DNA of 13,732 nt, from contig JAVHPP010000074.1 in NCBI GenBank assembly GCA_036170655.1, positions 1-13,732 on the forward strand. The letters are read 5' to 3'. The stretch is from Candidatus Zixiibacteriota bacterium (GTDB taxonomy: Bacteria; Zixibacteria; MSB-5A5; WJJR01). This document shows positions 1 to 7,707 of this stretch, one piece after another. The notes under the pieces are model-generated. The model did no database searches. It saw only the letters and a program-made list of their open reading frames with translations, and was not told the origin of the DNA. A program made the translations under genes and the position numbers. Every line of letters begins with the position of its first letter. Within the stretch, counting starts at the first letter, position 1.

Positions 1-822
1 GACCGTTGGTGGGAACACTCCCCGTCGTATGTGAAAGCGTACGAAGATGTCGACTTCATCAATCGCCCCGAATGCCGTCCGGTGCGTCTCCAGTTGGAGC
101 TGCTCAAACCGGAATTGACGCTGGCCGCGTATGGGATCCATTCCACCGTCGTCGTCTTTGGCGGAACCCGCATCATGCCTCCCGATGCTGCCCGCGAACG
201 GGTCGCCAAAGCGGAAGCGGAAGTGCAGAAACACCCGGGCGATCGCGACCGGGCCAAGCGACTGGAAATCGCCCGCAACATTCTCGCCAAATCCAAGTAT
301 TACGATGAAGCGCGAATCTTCGGGCGGCTGGTGTCCGAGGCGGGCCAGACAGGCGACGGATCAGAATACGTGGTCGTCACCGGCGGTGGTCCCGGTGTTA
401 TGGAGGCGGCCAACCGTGGCGCTTTCGAAACCGGCGCCAAAAGCATCGGGTTCAACATCACGCTCCCGACGGAGCAATACCCCAACCGCTATATCACACC
501 TGAGCTATGTTTCCAGTTTCACTACTTCGCCATCCGCAAACTGCATTTCATGATGCGGGCCAAGGCGCTGGTCGCTTTTCCCGGCGGTTACGGTACCATG
601 GATGAACTCTTCGAAGCCCTGACGCTGGTGCAGACGCACAAGGTCAAGCGGCTGCCAATCGTCCTCATGGGCAAGGCGTTCTGGTCGTCGATCATCAACT
701 TCGACGGGCTCGTTTCGGAAGGGGTTATCAGCCCGGACGACACGGACCTGTTTCGCTATGCAGAGACCGCCAAAGAAGCATGGCACCATATCCAAGCGTA
801 CTGGCAAGCGAATGGGCAGTGA
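1..822 (+). CDS. LOG-family (TIGR00730-type Rossmann-fold) nucleotide monophosphate phosphoribohydrolase, 5'-truncated by the window edge
   Basis: Motifs VVTGGGPGVMEAANRGA, FHYFAIRK and FPGGYGTMDELFE (PGGxGTxDE signature of type II LOG). Frame 1 is open from base 1 (DRWWEHSPSYVKAYED...), so the true start probably lies upstream of the window rather than at GTG 31. Confidence 0.92.
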   Translation, partial: DRWWEHSPSYVKAYEDVDFINRPECRPVRLQLELLKPELTLAAYGIHSTVVVFGGTRIMPPDAARERVAKAEAEVQKHPGDRDRAKRLEIARNILAKSKYYDEARIFGRLVSEAGQTGDGSEYVVVTGGGPGVMEAANRGAFETGAKSIGFNITLPTEQYPNRYITPELCFQFHYFAIRKLHFMMRAKALVAFPGGYGTMDELFEALTLVQTHKVKRLPIVLMGKAFWSSIINFDGLVSEGVISPDDTDLFRYAETAKEAWHHIQAYWQANGQ

Positions 823-923
823 TCGTCCGTCTACCTGTACGTAAAGTATTAGTCTAATAATTGATCGTAACGCACTGTCCATCATCTTGTTACTGATGCG
901 ATAGACGGTCGTTCCCGAAAGTG

Positions 924-953
924 TTCGCATGTCGGGGAAAAATCTTCTATACT
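924..953 (+). promoter_or_regulatory. Putative sigma70-type promoter for the M16 peptidase
   Basis: TTCGCA (924-929), 18 nt, TATACT (948-953) in an AT-rich intergenic region ~90 nt upstream of the ATG at 1043. Confidence 0.4.
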
Positions 954-1042
954 TGACGTCTGTCGCTTCCCATGTTTGCGGGGCCGACAGCAAGGCACGG
1001 CAACGAAACAACATCAACCCATATTCGTCAAAGGAGAGTCGC

Positions 1043-3775
1043 ATGAAACGTTTGCTGATGGCCGGTCTTTTGGTTCTTGCCACGGTCACCGTTCTGGCCT
1101 CCGTGGCATCTGCCCAGACACTGCCACCCATCAAGTACGAAAAGTACGAGCTGCCCAACGGGCTCGATGTCATCCTGCATGAGGATCATTCGATCCCGAC
1201 CGTGTCGGTCAACGTCTGGTACCACGTGGGGTCCAAGAACGAGAAGCGCGGCCGCACCGGTTTCGCCCACTTGTTCGAGCACATGATGTTTCAGGGATCC
1301 CAGCACCACGATGCCGACTACTTTGCGCCGCTGGAGAAAATTGGCGCAAATCTGAATGGTTCAACATCCGAAGATCGCACCAATTACTGGGAGAACGTCC
1401 CCAGCAATTACCTCGAACTGGCGCTATGGCTCGAGTCCGACCGGATGGGATTCCTGACCCAAGCCATGACCCAGCAGAAGCTGGATAACCAGCGCGACGT
1501 CGTGAAGAACGAGCGCCGTCAGGGACTCGACAATCAGCCCTATGGCAAGGCCGAAGAACTGCTGCTCCCGCTCATGTATCCGCCGGACCACCCGTATTCG
1601 TGGCCGGTCATTGGCAGCATGGAAGATCTCTCGGCCGCGTCGCTCGATGATGTGAAGGATTTTTTTAAGACCTATTACGCGCCCAACAATGCGTCTTTGT
1701 CGGTCGCGGGTGACTTTGATCCGGCGGTCGTCAAGAAACTCGTGGAGAAGTACTTTGGTGACATTCCACCCGGGCCGGCGGTCGACCGGCTTTCGTCGTG
1801 GGTCCCGCAATTGGAGGTGACCAAACGCGCGGTCGCTCAAGACAATGTGAAGCTGCCGCGTCTGTACTATTCCTGGCCCAGCCCCGCCTACTATTCGCCG
1901 GGCGACGCGGAGTTTGACCTGTTGGCCAATGTCCTGACATCGGGCAAGACGTCCCGTCTGTACAAGGCGCTCGTTTACGATCAGCAGATCGCTCAGGATG
2001 TCAGCGCTTATCAGTCATCGGGCGAATTGTGCGGCACATTCAACGTCGTCGCCACCGCCAAAGAAGGCCATACGCTTGCCGAGATCGAGAAAGCCGTCGA
2101 TGCCGAGTTGCAGAAGGTTCTGGCCACGGGGATCACCGCCGCCGAGCTGCAGCAGGCGCAGACCGCTTGGGAAGCGCGCTTCGTCCGCAGTCTCCAACAG
2201 GTGGGTGGATTCGGCGGCGTGTGCGACAAGCTGAATGATTACAACGTCATGCTGGGCAATCCCGACCGGTTCCAGTGGGATATGGAGCGCTACACCAAGG
2301 CTACGGTGGCCGATGTTCAGCGTTATGCCAAGCAATATATCAACATGGATCGGCGTGTGATCTTCCAGATCGTGCCGCAGGGTGAACTCACCGTTGCCAA
2401 GGAAGATGTTGACCGTTCCGCTGAACCCAAAGCGATGGCGGAACCGTCCTTCACCCCGCCGATCATCCAGCGCGCCAAACTATCCAATGGGCTGGACCTG
2501 TTGCTGGTCGAGGACCACAAGTTGCCGCTGGTTCAGGCGAATCTCGTCCTGAAAAGCGGCTGGGCCGCCGACCCGAAGGCTCGTCCGGGTGCGGCATCGT
2601 TGACGGCTGAACTACTGGATGAAGGCACGAAGACACGCAATGCGCTCCAGATCGCCGATGAAGCCAAGCGTCTGGGGGCGAACTTGGGTACGCGCAGCAC
2701 GTTCGATGGCTCGACTATCTCCATCAATGTGCTGAAACGTAACTTTGATCCCGCCTTGAACCTGATGGCGGATGTGGTCCTCAATCCGACGTTCCCCAAC
2801 GAAGAACTCGAGCGTCAGCGCCAGATGTACCTCGGCCGCATCAAGCAGGAATCGAAAGAGCCGTTTACATCGGCCTTCAAGATGTATCTGCACACCCTCT
2901 TCGGTCCCGATCATCCCTACGGGCAGCCGTACACCGGGACAGGCACCGAAACCTCGATCAAGGCGATTCAGCGTGACGATCTGGTGAACTACTACAAGGC
3001 CAATTACTTTCCGAATAACGCCGGCATCATTGTGGTCGGTGACATCACCCTGAGCGATGCCAAAGCAAAACTGGAGAAGGCGTTCCAGTCCTGGCAGCCC
3101 GGGACTGTGGCCCAGCAGGAGATCCCCACACCGGCGCCGCTGACGAAGACGAAAGTCTGCATCATCGACAAACCGGGCGCCGCGCAGAGCGTGGTCATGG
3201 TGGGCAATCTCGGCATCAATCGTAACGCATCCGACTTCGTCGCCTGCGATGTAATGAACAACGCCTTCGGCGGGCAGTTCACCAGCCGCATCAACATGAA
3301 TCTGCGTGAAGATAAGGGCTATACCTATGGCGCCGGCGCCTTCTTCCGCGCCTTGCGCGGCACCGGGCCGTTCGCCTGCTACGCGCCCGTGCAGACCCCG
3401 AACACCAAGGAAACAATCGTCGAGATGGTCAAGGAGATGCGCGACGTCGTTGGCGCGCGTCCCCTGACCGATGCCGAACTCGCCGACAGCAAGAACAACA
3501 TGATCAAGGGATTTCCGCAGTCGTTCGAAACCTTCGGCAGTATCGCCGGACAGTTGGGGGAGATGTTCCTTTACAACCTCCCCGCGGACGAATGGAGCGG
3601 CTATATCCAGCGTGTCAACGGAATCAATGGCGCCATGGCCAGCAAGGCCGCCTCGGACCACATCCATCCCGATGCGCTTTTGATTGTGGTTGTGGGTGAT
3701 CGCGCCAAGATTGAACCGGGCATCAAAGACTTGCAACTCGGCGACATCGTCTATCTCGACACCGGCAGCTTGTAA
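1043..3775 (+). CDS. Secreted M16 (pitrilysin/insulinase, PqqL-like) zinc peptidase, single chain with two M16 units, ~910 aa
   Basis: Inverted zinc motif HLFEH in GFAHLFEHMMFQGS; NGSTSEDRTNY; second unit lacks HxxEH but has the R/Y substrate pair LREDKGYTY. SD AAGGAG (1031-1036) precedes ATG 1043, followed by a Sec signal peptide (MKRLLMAGLLVLATVTVLASVASA), so the start is 1043 rather than 929. Confidence 0.95.
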   Translation: MKRLLMAGLLVLATVTVLASVASAQTLPPIKYEKYELPNGLDVILHEDHSIPTVSVNVWYHVGSKNEKRGRTGFAHLFEHMMFQGSQHHDADYFAPLEKIGANLNGSTSEDRTNYWENVPSNYLELALWLESDRMGFLTQAMTQQKLDNQRDVVKNERRQGLDNQPYGKAEELLLPLMYPPDHPYSWPVIGSMEDLSAASLDDVKDFFKTYYAPNNASLSVAGDFDPAVVKKLVEKYFGDIPPGPAVDRLSSWVPQLEVTKRAVAQDNVKLPRLYYSWPSPAYYSPGDAEFDLLANVLTSGKTSRLYKALVYDQQIAQDVSAYQSSGELCGTFNVVATAKEGHTLAEIEKAVDAELQKVLATGITAAELQQAQTAWEARFVRSLQQVGGFGGVCDKLNDYNVMLGNPDRFQWDMERYTKATVADVQRYAKQYINMDRRVIFQIVPQGELTVAKEDVDRSAEPKAMAEPSFTPPIIQRAKLSNGLDLLLVEDHKLPLVQANLVLKSGWAADPKARPGAASLTAELLDEGTKTRNALQIADEAKRLGANLGTRSTFDGSTISINVLKRNFDPALNLMADVVLNPTFPNEELERQRQMYLGRIKQESKEPFTSAFKMYLHTLFGPDHPYGQPYTGTGTETSIKAIQRDDLVNYYKANYFPNNAGIIVVGDITLSDAKAKLEKAFQSWQPGTVAQQEIPTPAPLTKTKVCIIDKPGAAQSVVMVGNLGINRNASDFVACDVMNNAFGGQFTSRINMNLREDKGYTYGAGAFFRALRGTGPFACYAPVQTPNTKETIVEMVKEMRDVVGARPLTDAELADSKNNMIKGFPQSFETFGSIAGQLGEMFLYNLPADEWSGYIQRVNGINGAMASKAASDHIHPDALLIVVVGDRAKIEPGIKDLQLGDIVYLDTGSL

Positions 3776-3794
3776 TCGTTGTATTCCATTGTCA

Positions 3795-3837
3795 TGACAA
3801 CGGGGCGGACGCGACAGCGTCCGCCCTTGTTTTGTCA
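3795..3837 (+). terminator. Rho-independent terminator after the M16 peptidase
   Basis: Perfect 10-bp stem GGGCGGACGC (3803-3812), loop GACA, GCGTCCGCCC (3817-3826), then TTGTTTTGT; stem extendable by TGACAA (3795-3800) / TTGTCA (3832-3837). Confidence 0.8.
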
Positions 3838-3979
3838 GCCACAGTATAGAATCGCCCCCGAAGAAAATTGTTTCTGAACAAAATCGCCCCTTTCAGGGGC
3901 AACCGCGTCGCACGATTCTTTGTTGTCTCGTTCCCGATGGCTTGGGCGGCCGGCGCGAATACTCATGGACAATCGGCGA

Positions 3980-4010
3980 TTGCTTCCCCGCTCACTTTCT
4001 GTGATATTGT
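3980..4010 (+). promoter_or_regulatory. Possible extended -10 promoter for the M14 gene
   Basis: TTGCTT (3980-3985) and TG-n-TATTGT (4002-4010), ~50 nt upstream of ATG 4063; spacing is long (19 nt). Confidence 0.3.
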
Positions 4011-4062
4011 GCGTTCTGCCGCGCGCCGATGCGCATGGAACCGTGCAAAGGAGATCCGCACC

Positions 4063-6966
4063 ATGAGACAGCGTCAAAAACTTTATTGTGCGATCGTTGT
4101 GTCCCTTGTTGTTGTGATCCTGTCGGGCTTGACCTTCCCAGGGAGAGCGCGGGCGGCCGACGCAACGGCTGGCGGCACCACCGCGCCTTTTCGTCACGGC
4201 GGTTCGGTGGCGTCGTTCTTTCCCGGCGTCACGTACGATCCAAAGATCCCCACGCCGGCGTCGGTGCTTGGTTTTGAACTGGGTTCACGTCCCGTGCGCT
4301 ATGAAGAGGTCGTCCGATACTTCCGTGCGCTGGACGATGCTTCGCCGCGCGCCGAGTTGCACGCCTTCGCCGAGACGTATGAGGGTCGTGCGCTCTATTA
4401 TCTGATCGTTGGCTCTGATGACAACGTGAAGAACGCGGAGACAATCCGGACCGGGATTGCGAAACTCGCCGATCCGCCGTCCAGCGGCGTTGTCGCCGGC
4501 GCCGATCAGATTATCAGCGCCTCTCCCGCGATCGCCTGGATGGGATACTCAATCCACGGCGATGAACTCTCTGGTGTCGACGCCGCCCTCTGGACCGCGT
4601 ACCACCTCGTCGCCGCAACCGATGCGGCCACGCAAAAGATTCGCGACCATGTCCTCACGTTGATTGATCCCACGCAGAACCCCGATGGGCGGGAACGGTT
4701 CCTCTCCCAAATTTACATGCTGTCCGGTCAGGTGGCCAGCGCCGACGCACAGAGTCTGCAGCACGGCGGCTTCTGGCCGTGGGGGCGTGGCAATCATTAT
4801 CTCTTCGACATGAATCGCGACTGGTTGCCGATGGTGCATGCGGAGACACGCGGTCGCGTGGCGGTCATCCTGCACTGGAATCCGCAACTCGTGGTTGATG
4901 CGCACGAGATGGGCTCCTACAGCAGTTACCTGTTTTCGCCTCCTCGGGAGCCGGTCAATCCGAATGTCACGCCCACGCTCCGCCACTGGTGGGATGTGTT
5001 CGCGGCCGATCAAGGCGCTGCGTTCGACCGTCACCGCTGGAGCTACACCACCGGCGACTGGAATGAGGAGTGGTTCCCCGGCTATGGCTCATCCTGGTCG
5101 CTGTTCACCGGCGCGGTCGGGATTCTCTATGAACAGGCGCGTGTGGAGGGTTCACGGGTGAAGCGACCCGATGGCACTGTTCTCTCGTTTTCTGAAACCG
5201 TTGCGCACCAGGCCGTCAGTTCCCTCAGCAATCTGGCGACGCTGGCGGATCATCGCCAGGAACTCCTGGCCGACTTCGCGCGTTTTCATCGCGATGCGGT
5301 CACTGGAGCGGACAAGAATCTTCACGGCGCGTTCATTCTCGCGCCGGGGGATAACGAGGGCCGCGCGCAGAGTTTTCTCAGTGCGATGAAGCGGCATGGT
5401 CTCCGCGTTGAACGCGCCAATTCGGCTTTTTCGTCCGCTGTCCAATCGTCCCACGGAGAGAAGTCCAATCGCAAGTTCCCGTCCGGCAGTTTCATCATTC
5501 CCCTCAATCAACCCATGGGTATGATGGTCAAGTCCGTGCTCGAATTCGATCCGCACCTGTCCGCCGCATTTCTGCAGGAAGAGCGTCGCGAACTTGAAAA
5601 GGGGAATGGCACGCGCCTCTACGAAGTTTCCGGTTGGTCGATGCCGCTGGCCTACGATCTGGATATCGGCTACACAGGAACCCGCCCCACGGTTGCGAGC
5701 GAGCCGATGCCGGATTCTGCTGCTCCGTCCGCCGGTGAATTGCAGAATCCTGATGCCGGGTTTGGATACCTACTGTCTCCGACCGACGACCGGAGTATGA
5801 ACGCCCTCGCTCGCATGTTGGAGACGGGGTTGCAGGTCCACGCCACGACCAAGCCATTTGCGCACGAAGGCGCCGCGTACCCGGCGGGGACTTTGTTGCT
5901 GCGCCGGTCGGAAAATGCCGACAGTCTTCCCCAGCAACTCAAGGAGATTGCGCGGCAGACGGGCGTTCACATTCAGGGGACCTCCAGCGGATACTCGTCC
6001 GCCGGCCCCGATCTCGGTTCCGATGACTTCGAGACGCTCCTGCCGCCGCGCATCGGTCTGTTCATGGGTGCGGGGATCGATTTCACCAGTTGCGGTTCTC
6101 TCTGGTTCCTGCTCGATCACGAATTGGGAATGCGCCAGTCCCTTCTCGACATCACACAATTGTCGGGATATGACCTGTCGGCCTACAATGTCTTGGTTCT
6201 TCCTTCCTATTGGGGCGGCGCCGGGTTGAAAGAACAGCTCGGCCCAAGCGGTCTCCAGAAACTGAAAGACTGGGTGAAAGCGGGCGGAACGCTGATTGCC
6301 ATTGGCGAATCCGCCTTCTTTTGCGCCGATTCGAGCAGCGGGCTGTCCGCCGCCCGCGAGAAGAGCGCCGTGCTGGAAAGTCTTGCCCAGTACGAGCAGG
6401 CCTCCGATGATGAACTGGCTGCATTCAGCGCCACTGTTGACACCAGCGCCATATGGAACCCGCCGCCAGCCGGGGGCAAAGACGGGAAGAATGCGGGCCG
6501 GGATACTTCTGGTAAGCCATCCGTCAAGCTGGACACCGAGGAGTTGAAACGCCGCGACGAACAGGCACGCCGATTTGCTCCGCAGGGCGCTATTCTCCGG
6601 CTCGACTTGAATCCAACGCACTGGCTGGCTTTTGGCGTGACCGACCGGATTGCCGATTCATCACGCACGCACACGAATGCCATGATCTATTCGGCCCACG
6701 CACTCATGGCCAAAGACCCCGTCGAAGTCCCGGCACGCTTCGCGCCGGCCAGCCAGCTCCGGCTCGCGGGACTGCTCTGGCCCGAGGGCCGGCAACGTTG
6801 GGCACGCGCCGCGTATGCGACACGCGAGGGAATGGGAAAAGGACAGGTCATCCTCTTTGCCGACGATCCGTTCTTCCGCGCATACTTTCATGGCACCAAG
6901 CGCCTCTTCCTCAACGCGGTCTTGCTGGGGCCGGGGTTGGGGACTCGCTCTCCGGCGCCCTGGTAA
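4063..6966 (+). CDS. Exported M14-family zinc carboxypeptidase with a C-terminal class-I GATase-like domain, ~967 aa
   Basis: Zinc ligands SIHGDE (HxxE) and VDAHEM, plus NPDGRE and DMNRDW motifs of M14. C-terminal YNVLVLP...LKDWVKAGGTLIAIG and GKGQVILFADDPFFR are typical of this large M14 subgroup. SD AAGGAG (4048-4053), ATG 4063, then a signal-peptide-like N-terminus ending in ARA. Confidence 0.92.
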   Translation: MRQRQKLYCAIVVSLVVVILSGLTFPGRARAADATAGGTTAPFRHGGSVASFFPGVTYDPKIPTPASVLGFELGSRPVRYEEVVRYFRALDDASPRAELHAFAETYEGRALYYLIVGSDDNVKNAETIRTGIAKLADPPSSGVVAGADQIISASPAIAWMGYSIHGDELSGVDAALWTAYHLVAATDAATQKIRDHVLTLIDPTQNPDGRERFLSQIYMLSGQVASADAQSLQHGGFWPWGRGNHYLFDMNRDWLPMVHAETRGRVAVILHWNPQLVVDAHEMGSYSSYLFSPPREPVNPNVTPTLRHWWDVFAADQGAAFDRHRWSYTTGDWNEEWFPGYGSSWSLFTGAVGILYEQARVEGSRVKRPDGTVLSFSETVAHQAVSSLSNLATLADHRQELLADFARFHRDAVTGADKNLHGAFILAPGDNEGRAQSFLSAMKRHGLRVERANSAFSSAVQSSHGEKSNRKFPSGSFIIPLNQPMGMMVKSVLEFDPHLSAAFLQEERRELEKGNGTRLYEVSGWSMPLAYDLDIGYTGTRPTVASEPMPDSAAPSAGELQNPDAGFGYLLSPTDDRSMNALARMLETGLQVHATTKPFAHEGAAYPAGTLLLRRSENADSLPQQLKEIARQTGVHIQGTSSGYSSAGPDLGSDDFETLLPPRIGLFMGAGIDFTSCGSLWFLLDHELGMRQSLLDITQLSGYDLSAYNVLVLPSYWGGAGLKEQLGPSGLQKLKDWVKAGGTLIAIGESAFFCADSSSGLSAAREKSAVLESLAQYEQASDDELAAFSATVDTSAIWNPPPAGGKDGKNAGRDTSGKPSVKLDTEELKRRDEQARRFAPQGAILRLDLNPTHWLAFGVTDRIADSSRTHTNAMIYSAHALMAKDPVEVPARFAPASQLRLAGLLWPEGRQRWARAAYATREGMGKGQVILFADDPFFRAYFHGTKRLFLNAVLLGPGLGTRSPAPW

Positions 6967-6968
6967 TG

Positions 6969-6995
6969 ACCGCCCCGCGCTTTTGCGGGGGTGGT
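6969..6995 (+). terminator. GC-rich hairpin directly after the M14 stop (weak terminator or mRNA-stabilising stem)
   Basis: ACCG-CCCCGC (6969-6978), loop GCTTTT, GCGGGG-GTGGT (6985-6995); no U-tract follows. Confidence 0.4.
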
Positions 6996-7039
6996 GTGGA
7001 GTTCTCTCCGGATGTGCCCCTTGACTGTGCTGTGTCAAG

Positions 7040-7089
7040 GTCCACGCCCGTCCATGTCTGTCCATGTTCGTCCATTCCCGTCCGTGCGT
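7040..7089. repeat. Five tandem degenerate 10-bp repeats with a GTCCRY core
   Basis: GTCCACGCCC | GTCCATGTCT | GTCCATGTTC | GTCCATTCCC | GTCCGTGCGT, exact 10-nt period. Confidence 0.8.
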
Positions 7090-7116
7090 TCAAGATCATC
7101 GCCGTTTATCCGACAT
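7090..7116 (+). promoter_or_regulatory. Putative sigma28 (FliA/SigD)-type promoter
   Basis: TCAA (7090-7093), 15 nt, TCCGACAT (7109-7116), compared with the consensus TAAA-N15-GCCGATAA. Confidence 0.4.
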
Positions 7117-7124
7117 ATCCTAAT

Positions 7125-7604
7125 GTGAAGTCGCGTGCGCGCATACTGGTCGTCGATGACGAGCAACTCCTGCGCCGGATGGTGCGCTCGGTTCTGGCCC
7201 CCAAAGGGTACGCGACCGAGATGGCGCATGACGCTGAGGACGCGCTCGCCAAGCAGAGCAAGTCCCCTTTCGAGATCGTGATCACTGACATTCGCATGCC
7301 CGGCATGGCGGATGGCTTCAATCTTCTCAAGATAATCAAGTCCCAGTGGCCGGATACGGCCGTGATTGTCATGACCGGTTACGGCGATGTGCGGACACCC
7401 GACCGCGCCCGTGAGTTGGGCGCCGATGAATACATCACCAAGCCCTTCAATGCTCGCGAGATTGAAGTCATCGTCGAACGCGTCTGCTGGCGACGTATGG
7501 TCTCGCACCGTCCCCCCGTCGCCACGACAGCCGATCCCCAACCGGTAAAGGCCGCGCTCAAAAGATCCGTTCGTTCCGCCCCGCAGCAACTTCAGGCGGT
7601 GTGA
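7125..7604 (+). CDS. Stand-alone receiver-domain (CheY-like) response regulator with a short Pro/Ala/basic tail, ~159 aa
   Basis: RILVVDDE acidic pocket, ITDIRMPGM phospho-acceptor Asp, VIVMTGY Thr, YITKPF Lys. The ORF from 6798 overlaps the M14 gene; GTG 7125 just before the domain is the most plausible start (uncertain, no SD). Confidence 0.88.
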   Translation: MKSRARILVVDDEQLLRRMVRSVLAPKGYATEMAHDAEDALAKQSKSPFEIVITDIRMPGMADGFNLLKIIKSQWPDTAVIVMTGYGDVRTPDRARELGADEYITKPFNAREIEVIVERVCWRRMVSHRPPVATTADPQPVKAALKRSVRSAPQQLQAV

Positions 7605-7707
7605 CCGAACGGGAGGGCGGTCGGCGCACTCTTCACTTTGCGGTTCGGTCCGCCTTTTCACGGCATCCCGAAATGCATACCTTGCCTTTTGGAGGAGGAA
7701 ACGCCAC

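Noticed and set aside
1..822. LOG/SLOG protein as part of an anti-phage system
   Set aside because: Looks like an ordinary type II LOG; no TIR, effector or other defence gene is adjacent within the window (upstream context not visible).
929..1042. N-terminal extension of the M16 ORF
   Set aside because: SD and signal peptide point to ATG 1043; the extension covers the putative promoter.
2612..3736. 374-aa minus-strand ORF
   Set aside because: Lies wholly antisense to the M16 peptidase; typical GC-rich shadow ORF with no recognisable motifs.
3868..4062. N-terminal extension of the M14 ORF
   Set aside because: SD and signal-like sequence point to ATG 4063.
6798..7124. N-terminal extension of the response regulator, or a frameshift fusion with M14
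   Set aside because: Overlaps the intact M14 C-terminus, a hairpin and tandem repeats; not domain-like; no slippery site seen.
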